Below are positions 15,750 to 26,192 of a stretch of 64,000 nucleotides of DNA, piece by piece. A model generated the notes under the pieces. The model saw only the letters and a list, made by a program, of their open reading frames with translations, did not search any database and was not told the origin of the DNA. Each line of letters opens with the position of its first letter. Within the stretch, counting starts at the first letter, position 1. Source of the DNA: Curvularia clavata (Eukaryota); NCBI GenBank assembly GCA_023920165.1, contig CP089277.1, positions 3,038,001 to 3,102,000 of the forward strand, in the 5' to 3' direction. The position numbers and the translations under genes were made by a program.

Positions 15750-16802
15750 ATGACATCCGAAAATGAATTCCAACTCTTCACATCGCTACGCTACGATCCT
15801 CTGCTGCTCGAGTCACAGGAGAACTCGCGACCAGTCTTGAATTTCGTGGCTCCATCGCCATTCTACATGCTCGCATATCACCGGGATCGAATGGTTGAAG
15901 CAGCACAACATTTTGACTTTGATGAAGTCGAGAAGCGACTCCAAGACGGAAAAGCTTTACATGAAGAGCTGTTGAAGAGAACTAAGACTGAGATAGAAAG
16001 ATCTGGAAAAGACCGAGCCATGAAGGTATACAATGCCGTCATCCTGTTGGAGATTTCTGTTGACATTCTTCAGTTACGACTGTTGTTTGACAAAGCTGCG
16101 AACCTAACAGTCGAGTTTACAGACGTGCCAGCTGTGCCACTTTCTACGTTGTACCCACCATCTCTAGACCCACCAAATTCAAAAGTGCAACATGCCTCTT
16201 CGGCTGCCTTTAAGCCCTCGCCGTTGACTGGAGGAGCTCTGACCCTAGGCCCAGATGACTCACTTCCAGCATCAACATCAACACCCCCGCCCCCACCAGA
16301 ATGGACACTTAAGCTAGATACTGCACCTACCCCGTCCTCGCCATTCACTCTTTTGAAGACAACGAAGCGGGAAATGTACGACCAAAGTCGTCAGCGTGCA
16401 TTGCCCGAGAATCCGGCAGGTGCCGCCTACCGTGAAGTCATGCTTTACAATGAAGTTAATGAGCTTACCGAAGGCACTCTGACCTCACTTTACCTATTTC
16501 GCGGTGGCCGCTGGGTCACCCCTCCAGTCGGAGTACCATCCGGCGAATTCACTAGCAAGACGCTCAAAGATGATGGTGCCGATGAAGGAGAGCTGAGAAA
16601 GCCTTTTGCCGGCAGATGGGGCCATTCCACAAGGAGTGCAAAAGTCGGTGCTGGAGGCCAGAGGGGTACAAGTAGGAGGTGGGCGCTTGGAAGTGGTTAT
16701 TGTATGGAAGAACCTGTCAGTATAGACACTGTGCAGGTGGGAGAGGGCGTGTGGGTCAGTAATGGAGTCAGGGGATTTGGTTATGGAAAGGTGGTAGAGT
16801 AG
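15750..16802 (+). CDS. ABZ2: PLP-dependent aminotransferase class IV / aminodeoxychorismate lyase-like
   Basis: FQLFTSLRYDP, YHRDRM, KTTKREMY (PLP Lys), ELTEGT, GGQRGTSRRWAL, SNGVRGF; probable intron 16026-16073. Confidence 0.75.
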   Translation: MTSENEFQLFTSLRYDPLLLESQENSRPVLNFVAPSPFYMLAYHRDRMVEAAQHFDFDEVEKRLQDGKALHEELLKRTKTEIERSGKDRAMKVYNAVILLEISVDILQLRLLFDKAANLTVEFTDVPAVPLSTLYPPSLDPPNSKVQHASSAAFKPSPLTGGALTLGPDDSLPASTSTPPPPPEWTLKLDTAPTPSSPFTLLKTTKREMYDQSRQRALPENPAGAAYREVMLYNEVNELTEGTLTSLYLFRGGRWVTPPVGVPSGEFTSKTLKDDGADEGELRKPFAGRWGHSTRSAKVGAGGQRGTSRRWALGSGYCMEEPVSIDTVQVGEGVWVSNGVRGFGYGKVVE

Positions 16803-17887
16803 AAATAGCGGGCATCTTGGGATTATAGAAGAAAACAATCTTGTTCTCTGATCAAAGTTGTTAAGTAATATCGCAGTGAAGAGATTGGAAATTCTCTATG
16901 GACAGCGGCACACATATGACCCATTCCAGTCTCTCAAGATCCTGAGATAGGGTGGATTTAGAGATGTAAGGCAGACATCTTGGTTGAAGTATGTGAAGAG
17001 GCGTCTTTGCTACATGCTATATAACACTAGCGAAGACTAAGAGAAAACCATGGTTAACTTAATGACCTGGGCGTGCCTAAAAGATCAGTCACTACTTCGG
17101 TGTGGTGATTGGCGAACTGGACTTCACCAAGGTTTCATGTTTGTACATTTCGAGGAAGCTCGCGGAAGGCGTTTGAGCCATTGCTGATATTTTACTTAGC
17201 TACTTCCCAGTTGCCTAGCTGTGAACAGTCGTGGACTGTTTTCAATGGCCAAGGACTTCCGGCCGTAGCACACTTTTACTGGAGCTTCAGTGGTAGATGA
17301 CATCTACTGGCAGATCTCTATGAATGTGGAAAAATACCTCTTATGATCTATTATGACCGACCCAGCAAGAAAGCAGCGGTTTCCAAAATGCATTTTGGCG
17401 AATGGAGATTTACATTTAGTTCTAGCGAAGCCATTCTCTAAAATTCGCGATCAAGATGTTAAGCCCTAGAATCTCTGGACACAAAATGAAATTTGTGTAG
17501 AACTCGAACTTTTCCAAAACTATAGAATTATCACACATCCTTAGGCCGCCTACGATACGATTCCGCTCATGGATTGCATGGCGCGTCTTGATGATCAGTG
17601 TTAATTGGAGGTTACTGCAAAGGATTTTGCTTCGGCGGGAGAGAACGGGTTCCTATGCTTACTTCAATTTGTAACATGAGGGTCACTTGGAGGATGCCGT
17701 GTAGTCTACATTACTCACTTTCATGCCAGAAAGACTTGATTCGCATTCAGTCTAGTCAAGAGAAATTAAGAAATGAGTTTTACCAGTGGCTTATTCTGGC
17801 ATCTGCAGTCTGCGTAACACATTGACATGAGCTAATATCATTCATCGATCATGTCTAGCTAAGACCAACAACTGCCAGCTATCCTAA

Positions 17888-19604
17888 TTACATTTTCTTT
17901 CCTCTCGCACGCCACATTGGATTCAGATAATAGACTGGGATGCCAAGCAGGAAAACAGCGCTGAAAATTCCCGCCAGCACACCAAAAGCCCACTGATAAC
18001 CATGCTTCGCTACCATGGGCGTGAGTCCGTATGTGAGACCAAAAGACACGATGTTCTTCGTTCCCACGACGACGACCAATGCAGGTCCTGGATGCTGTGC
18101 TCCCGCTTCAGACGCAAAGCTCGTAGACACAATGAGCACTGCCGTAAACGTGTATTGGAACAGCGTCCAGGCCATATACGGTCCCCACCAGGTCGCTCCA
18201 CCTCCAGCAGTGTAGCCGTAGAGAACCAGCATCGCTGCACCGATGATGCCGGGTGGTATAAGCACGATGAGATGGTGTTCGGGTTTGTGAATGCCTCGGT
18301 TTCGTCGTGCGGCATAAAGCACGAACTTGTCTCCGATAAAGGTGCAATACACCATTGCCAACAACGCTCCGAGGGCACCGCCGACGTTGATAAGCCCGAT
18401 ATTCTGTGGCTTCCATCCGTAGTTTTGCATGAATACAGTGTTGTAAGTCAGGGACATGCCGACAGCGCATCCTAGCGCGACGGAGGAGCTCAGAATAGCG
18501 TAGATGATACCTGGGGAACAAAGACTCTGAAGCATGTGCAGATAGGTCATCAACATGATCTTGACTGGGTTCCTTTGAACAGGTGACCAAGGACGGAGCT
18601 TTTGAAGATATGTCTTTCGTGGCACATCAGCGTCGTTCGCATCCGGACTGGGTATATTGAGGCCTTCACGGCCGACTCGTGCAAAGTATTCTTGCGCTTC
18701 GTGATCGGGAATAATATTTGTGACTCCGAACTCATCCGTAAAGATCAGCAGTCCGTCGAGACTAGCAGGTGATCGGGTGAACTGTGTCTCGAAACCGAGG
18801 AAGAAGGCGATGAGGAGACCGAAACCGATGGTAATGACGAACACCCAGTAGTACCATCGCCAGCCCATGTCTTCGTTGAGGTATGTGCTTGCAAGGTTGA
18901 TGGTAGAGCTGAGCGCGTTTTGCACCATCCAGTACAATCCGAAGATGCGGCCGCGTTCGTGCAGAAACGTGATTTCAGTGAGCATGAGCGGGAGCAGAGA
19001 TTCAGAGGCGCCAGTTGCAAGGCCCTGCACGATACGCGATGCAAGGTGCCCATTGTAGCTGTTCTGTACGGCGGCGGCAATGGTCGCGGCAAGCAGGACT
19101 ACCATGGAGATGAGAAAAACGGGCCGCCGACCGTAGGCCAGACCCAGGGGCAGAATGATGTAGTTGCCTATTGTCGCAAATGTTAGCGCAAACAGATCAT
19201 GATCTAGACTTCTAATTCGACGTACCTAGTCCTATACATAGGGTTGGTAGGGTAATGAGAAAAACAATCTGGTCAGGCGTATATCCCTGTGGAGCATACA
19301 TTTCGAAGAAGACATTGAGAATGGCGCCTAGACCGCCTGCTATGGAAAGGCCCATGATAGAGAACCAGCAGCAGCAAAAAATGACTCCATACTTCTCCCA
19401 GCGTCGGAGGTTGAGTGGATCGTTAGGGTCGCTAGATGGGACAGGGATTTTGCGGACCTGGCCGTCTTCGCGAACGAGAAAGGCATTGCCTTTGACGTGG
19501 TCTCCGTGGGCGTCGTTCTGTGAGGGCTTGAGATCCTCATTGTACACGACCTCAGCGCCGTGCTTCTGGTCAATAGTTGTTGGTGAAGGGGGTGAGTCGG
19601 CCAT
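17888..19604 (-). CDS. MFS transporter (HOL1-like/drug:H+ antiporter-like)
   Basis: PVPSSDPNDPLN, GRRPVFL, EITFLHERG, GWRWYYW, KPEHHL motifs; one intron ~19226-19169. Confidence 0.88.
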
Positions 19605-20108
19605 GATGATGGGTGCAGACCACAGTGCAGGACTCCCACGATGGAGGGCTGGGTCCCTTATGAATGGAAGGCGTCGAGGCTTTTCGTTATAGCCACTAGT
19701 CATCCCTCTAGCTAATATTCAAAGCCACGTACTCCCAACATCTGGTGAATTGACATGCCAATTCTCCACATCCCGTTTCAAGAGCGCCACTGAAACCTAG
19801 CAGGTGGACATCTTTCACCTATTGGACGAGCTGCACAAAAAAGAGTCAACGGAGCATGGCTGTTTAAGCATTGGTGAAGATAAGGCCCCAGAGCCTGACT
19901 CGCATATTGCTACCCCAGTTTTTGCGATGCTGGGATGTGGGGAAGCCCTAGTCTTGTGCTAGCCGCCCGCAGTTTCCGGGGAGCTAACGCCCCTCACTTT
20001 CCGGCACTGCATCCTCCCCACATTTCCAGCACTGGTGGCATCTAAAGATTCAAGATCGAGACCATTGTGGTAGGTTTGATACTATCCCCAACTGCACTGG
20101 TGTCTCCT

Positions 20109-23051
20109 CTAGCGTAAACCTCCCAAATCTTCCATCAACCTGCATAACGCTCGCAGCAGTGGAGGTCCGTCTTCGCGGTTGCTTCCCGGGTGAGAATTGT
20201 CAAATAACTTTACGCCTGCTCGCATTACTTGTGAAGGGCTCTGTAGATCGCAAATATCGTCCTTGGCGGATGATGTGGCAGGTCCAGATAGCGGGGAATA
20301 CCCAGAAGTCATGTGAAGGCATGGTTTTCCGTGACCTGTAAAAATGAAGGCATTGACAGCTGATTGTTGTTCTGAAGGTGTGTCGTCAAGGAAGATAAGC
20401 TGCTCTTTGGAACTTGAATTGCGTGTCGGAGTAGAAGGTACTGTTTTATTCGCACGGTCTCGTATGAGCATGCTGTATGCCCACAATACCATGATCGCGT
20501 GGTATATTGTCAGCGAATCAGCTCCTCGAAGCTGAAACGGCGGTACTGCACGTCCAGCCTGTATTACCTGACTCGCATGTAGGATGGCAATTCTGCCTTC
20601 CTTGTCAAGCGCCCAGGACTGCAGTTTGACGTATGCACGATGAGCTTCTTCCTCGCCACATTTACCTGCAAATCTCGCGACAGTGTCCAGGTCGACGTGC
20701 AGATACATATACAAGAACTCATGGAAGAGGCGAGTAACAGCAGGTGTCGAGCTGAGCGAACTTGTCAGATTCTGCAAAGACTGGTATCTGTACAAAATAG
20801 ATCAGCTCTCGAAAGTAACCATTCATTTCGGGGTACGAACAGCTTTTGTTGCCTTGTTTGAGACCAAAGTTGCAAGGAGGCATCTGTAGAACTAGAGAAG
20901 AGACGAGCCTGCTGAGAATGCTCCCATAGTTGGGCGGCTAGACCGTGAAGATAGGCACACAGAGTAACGCTCGCATCAAGGTTAGGAGGCATGCACACGA
21001 TTGCCGACTCGTCAAGCAGCAACTCCCGCAAAGATTTATCAGTGGGCGTATATTTTGAGCTGATGTATTGATCTCGCCATGCTTCTGCTGACGGTGCGAG
21101 CCAGAGGAATCGTGGAGCTGGAAGGGGTAACGTAACTTCTGCGTAGGATATGAGCGGCTGACGATGCTTGATCACGGCCATGTCAATGTCATGTTCCCAA
21201 AGATGGTAGACAAGCCTGGTATCGTTAGCCTAGTTCGAGTGTAGTTGCATCTATAAAAGAGCGTACCGTTTGTATGACTCGTCCTCAACCCACTTCCGCC
21301 ATTTTTGATCGAGTTGTTCTGGGTCGTCCAACTCTGTGGGTGCATCCGTAAAACGCCGGGTATTATCTAATCGACCTGAACGACGAAGGGCCTAGTTTTG
21401 TCAGTATTGGTCTGAAAAAGTGATAACAATGCGCACAGTCACTAGAGCTGGTAAACTACTTTCTGCGGCTACCATTTTCCTTTTTAGGCCACAGAACGCA
21501 CCCATCTCAAGCCAGAGCATGCTTGCTTGTAGGTACTGCAAATCTTGGGACACACTATCATCTTTCTCAACCTATTGAAAAGTTAAAAAGAGAATAGAAA
21601 TGCGACGGGAACGGTTCTTACAAGGTCTCTTAACGACAGGCGCACGATCTCTTGTAGCAAAAGGCCAGTTCTATTGACCGAAGGGATGCCAAAACAGATG
21701 CAGCCAGCAGCTATAAGAGCGATCAAGAGTTCAGGCCGCGAGTCCGCACTTCGGAAAGTATAGGGGTGAACCCACGCGTCCCTTTCTGCTCGCTTAGAGA
21801 TACCCGCTTTGATAAGCTTTTCCAGATTTTCAGAAGATGGAAATGAAGTAATGGATATCGAAGCTGGCGCGGTCTTGGAGACTAGATGGAATATGCGATC
21901 CCTCACTCCGAGTGAGAGTTGATCAGGTACCACTACATCAGAAGCATGTGGTTGGTGTGGCGAAGAGCCGAGATTGACATGTTGTCCGTCCAGAGCTTCG
22001 TTCTCGTATTCACTGAAAGCATGCTGGTTTCTTTCAGGATTCCACAACCTATGCAGCCATGAGCTATCGGGCAGAGTGAATTCCAAGACGAGGTACAATA
22101 CCATGGTGACCGCTGAAAAGCCACATGTCGCCTCCGAGCTTCTTCACCTTCTTGTTCCCCGGTTCTGGCAGGTTCGATAGCCCTTACATCATGTGTCTCG
22201 ATCGCTGTAAGATCATAGCTGGTTTCAAATGTTTGGTCAATGGTCGGATGAAAGTCGTTAGCGAAAAGGTCTCCATTATCGAACCAATCGGTATCCTGGA
22301 GCCATGCAGTAAGATCTGTGGGCGGCTGAACGAAACCACCACTCATCCAGTCCGGCTCAGGCACCATGATGTGCTCAAAGAATGGCGGTATGTCGAACGT
22401 TCCTCTCACAGAACCGTCATTTCCAAACGCTCCTTGCAGAACATGAGCATTTATACTCGGATCTGTGGACACTGTGTCTTGGTCTTGTTGCATTTCGTTA
22501 ACTGGATCTGGAGCATCAGGCATGGATTGGAAATGCTGAGCGTCAGGACGAAATATCGCCTCATTGCTGTGACCAGTCTCAGACGGTGGAAGAGAAAACC
22601 TTAACTTGTTTGTGCTTGTAGTGCACACAAGATTCTTCTTCTGGCAACGCTTGCATGGCCTACTATTGTCGCACTTGTCTTTGGACCGCACACACTGTTC
22701 GCATGCTTTATACGCCCTTTCTGCTCTCCGTTTGCGACCGGCTCCACCATGTTTAGCGCCTTTCAGGTGAGTCGCATGGTGCCTTGTAAGTAGGTCTCTC
22801 CGGTTAAAGCTTGCCGGACATTTCTGACATCGAAAAGGCCTTTCATTACGATCTATAAGGTTTTAGAATAGTTCGGCAGGGGTTGTGAGTTACACACGCG
22901 AATCGAGATGCCTATGCAAGTGGTCTGCACGCTCATAGCTGCGACTACAGATGTGACATTGGAGGACCTGACCCACACCGGATGCATGTTGGTGCTCCGG
23001 TAGATGCTCACTCCCGGGCGAGGCGACCTGGGGTGGAGGATGGGGAAGCAT
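20109..23051 (-). CDS. Hybrid transcription factor: two C2H2 fingers + Zn2Cys6 cluster + fungal TF middle domain
   Basis: Spliced N-terminus contains CHICSRSYERADHLHRHLDSH, RPFRCQKCPASFNRRDLLTRHHATH and ACEQCVRSKDKCDNSRPCKRCQKKNLVC; later LPLPAPRFLWLAPSAEAWR; multi-exon. Confidence 0.88.
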
Positions 23052-23184
23052 GGTGAGATGATGGTGGGCACGGAAAGAGTGGGAGTTGCAAGGGAAACAA
23101 GATGTTGGCTCCGGAAAGTGGGGGACGGAACACCACTACCTAACCTCGGCAACTAAGTAAACTTCAGTGAATTCAGTATGTTAA

Positions 23185-24444
23185 CTAAGCGCTAGAACTA
23201 ATCGCTCTCTGCTTTTGCCACTCAACAGCCCCTCTGTACTTGAAGTTGTAGTCTTGAAATTCGTCAGGCCGCATCTTGATCTCTGTACTCCCCTTGTCTG
23301 TAGCAGGTCTGGCTGAATCGCGGCTAAACTTCTGGATCAAGCTCGCTCGCTCGTGTCGAGCGTCGAAAACTTTCTGTAGTCTAGCTGTGACTTCTTCGGC
23401 TTTGACTGGCTCGTGGAGGTCGTTGAAATATGCTCCTAGAGCCTCAGCATCTTCAATTGCCTGGCTTGCACCTTGTCCTTGGGTAGGCAGCATGGCGTGT
23501 GCTGCGTCTCCAACTAGAATAACACGCCCCCGAACCCAGGTGTCTAGAGGGTCGATGTCGCGTAGCTGCCAGAGACCAATTCTTTCCGGTAGTTTCAACA
23601 TATCCTTTGTCCATTCCGGGAAGTCTTTGAAAGTCTCGAGCATCTTTTTGGGATCACCTTCTGTCACCCAAGACTGTGCCTTGTCGGGATCTTCATTCAT
23701 CTTCTCATCTGGCACCAAAGCTACCACGCTGAATATTTCCCCATTCCTTGCGGGGCCCATGATGAGTCGACAGTCATGAGCCATGAACATTGATGTATAC
23801 GGTTCGTGTGGATTGATGTGCGCAGCAAATTCAGGGGCTCTTTGCTTAAGGTCCTCAGATGTCATCATAAGGCGGTAACATGAAGTGCCGGTAGGTTGTG
23901 GTTTAATCTCTTTTCCTACTACCGACGGGCGTAAGACGCTGTGTATGCCATCGGCGCCAACAATAACATCAGCCTGAATGGTCTCTCCATCCTGTAGTTT
24001 AAGAGTCCCCGCGTCGCAATCGCAGCTGATAACACGGGAGGAGGTTCGCAATACAGGGACTGGTCCACTCCTCGCAGGGTCCTTTACAACCCTCATTAGT
24101 TGTCCGTGTAGATCTTGTCGGTGCCACATGATGCGGTTGGCTCCATATTTCTTTTGCACGAGCAGTGGAATCTCGTTGACCTTCTTGCCTTCCGAATTGA
24201 AGATACGGAAACCAGAATCAACCATTCCATTTGAAGCTTCAAGCAAATCGCTCACACCCCAGGTTTCTTGAATGATTCGTGTCGCATTTGGTTGAAGAGA
24301 AATCGTCGCGCCGATTTCGGAAGATAATCGTGATTGTTCGAGAATAGTGATCTCGCGATTCGCGCCTCTCAGGGCGATGGCACATGCTAGGCCAGCAATG
24401 CCACTGCCCACTATAACAATACGAAGAGGTGCATGTGAAGCCAT
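23185..24444 (-). CDS. FAD-dependent monooxygenase (salicylate hydroxylase-like, class A)
   Basis: GSGIAG dinucleotide motif, VGADGIHS, LVGDAAHAMLPTQGQGASQAIEDA; intronless. Confidence 0.93.
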   Translation of the reverse strand: MASHAPLRIVIVGSGIAGLACAIALRGANREITILEQSRLSSEIGATISLQPNATRIIQETWGVSDLLEASNGMVDSGFRIFNSEGKKVNEIPLLVQKKYGANRIMWHRQDLHGQLMRVVKDPARSGPVPVLRTSSRVISCDCDAGTLKLQDGETIQADVIVGADGIHSVLRPSVVGKEIKPQPTGTSCYRLMMTSEDLKQRAPEFAAHINPHEPYTSMFMAHDCRLIMGPARNGEIFSVVALVPDEKMNEDPDKAQSWVTEGDPKKMLETFKDFPEWTKDMLKLPERIGLWQLRDIDPLDTWVRGRVILVGDAAHAMLPTQGQGASQAIEDAEALGAYFNDLHEPVKAEEVTARLQKVFDARHERASLIQKFSRDSARPATDKGSTEIKMRPDEFQDYNFKYRGAVEWQKQRAISSSA

Positions 24445-24853
24445 GATTGGGAAAAATGATGAAGAAGTCCAAAAAACGCACAAAAGATGGGTCAAGGTTC
24501 TGTTCGCAAAATAAACGTGGACTTACTCGCAGAGAAGGCCATGTGCCAACCTCCACTTCCCGAATTCCGACACTCATACTGCGGGGAAGCCGGGGATGTC
24601 TGCATCTGTAGCGGAGAGAGCTAGGATGCATTGCGTGACCACGATGTGGCCGGGAAGAGTGGGTGGCATCTAGAAACAGCCCATCGGAATTAGCGGAGGT
24701 GGGGACGGAGGTGGGCGTACGTGCAGCATCACTTGGGAGCAATACCAGATGGCCGTGTCTACAAGATAAAAGTCATTGTCAAGAACATGGAAAGTTCGAA
24801 TCTCAAACAACATTCCACTTCCTCAGACACAAGCAGGCTTCTTTTCCTACATC

Positions 24854-25935
24854 ATGATCTCAACCACGACTAAGACACCAACCCTCACCTTGAGCGGTGT
24901 TCAAGATGAGCGCATGAAGATCGACGGTACAGATGTCAAATATGGAGACTGGCGAGACGACCTTGCACGAGATGGCTACGCCGTCATCAAGGGCGCCATT
25001 CCCAAAGAAAGGGCAGAGAAATACGCAGACCGCATGTTCTCTTGGCTAGAGGGCTTGTAAGCTTTCCTCATTAGATCACTTGCATAGTTTCCGCATAGGC
25101 TAACGAAAGAGGTATTAGTAACCTTGGATTTGACCGCAACGACCTCTCGACAGCCCACAAGGATAAGCTGCCGCTTATTAACGAGAAGGGCATGTGCATT
25201 CATTACGCCGTCACCCACGAGGACTTTGCATGGGAAATCCGTGGTGAGCCGGGCGTAGTCGGAGCCTTTGAAAAAGTCTATAACGACAAAGATCTCATCG
25301 TCTCCTTTGACGCTATCAACTTCACCTTCCCTGGTCGCACAGATATTGCTCCCAACAAGCCATGGCCGCACCAGGACCAGGCGCCTGAGAAGTCTGGGTT
25401 CCGGTGCCTGCAGGGTCTCGTCAACTTGCTTCCTAACGGCCCCGATGACGGCGGTCTAATCGTCTGCCCAGGCGGCCACTTGCTCTCCAGTGAGTTCCAC
25501 GCTGCTATGAAGGACGAGCCGCGCATCCCCGCATGGACTCCAGAGTGGTACGGCTTTACGGAAAAGGGTATGAAGTGGCTCGCCGACAAAGGGCTCACAT
25601 GGAAGAAGATCTGCGCTGACCCGGGCGACCTGCTGGTGTGGGATAGCCGTACACCGCACTACAACTTGGGTTCGACTACCGAGCAACCAAGGTTTGCTGT
25701 GTACACGTGCTACATGCCTGTTGCGGATGCTTCGCAGGAGGATCTCAGGCGCAAGAAGGATGCATACGAGAGGTGGGTTGGTACGACTCATTGGCCAAAT
25801 GCAAAGCACACCGGTTCCAATGTCGCCCAGAGAGACGGACAAGAGGATCCGCATAACCGCTTTGAGCCAGTCAACAAGCCAGTCATGGATGAGCGGACGT
25901 TCAAGCTGACAGGTATTCCCTATATCCGAGAGTAG
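24854..25935 (+). CDS. PhyH-like Fe(II)/2-oxoglutarate dioxygenase
   Basis: DLARDGYAVIKGAIP, WPHQDQ (HxD), QGLVNL, DGGLIV, GDLLVWDSRTPHY (distal His), RFAVYTCY; one intron ~25057-25119. Confidence 0.85.
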
Positions 25936-26192
25936 GCTGCGGAATGTTTGGGGGTTACTTGTTACTACTGTATTTTAGTTGTGGAAGAAATCGGCAACCT
26001 GTTATCTACATGCCGCTATTAGTCTTATACCAATTTGTGTCGATCCTGTGTGTTGCTGAACTCGTGGAATGAGAATTGTGAGATTACAAGAGTAAAAAAA
26101 TTGTGAATTCAGAATACACAGGAGCAGAAAATTCATAACAAAGCACACAGGGTATCATTGTCGTGCTAAACGCCGCAAACCACATTCCACGC

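Noticed and set aside
16026..16073. Other stop-free 3n introns (ABZ2-like 16026-16073; SDR 50072-50131)
   Set aside because: Short 3n stop-free introns arise by chance and these do not interrupt an evident catalytic motif.
16850..17880. Possible pseudogene in the ABZ2-MFS intergenic region
   Set aside because: No supportable homology from sequence alone.
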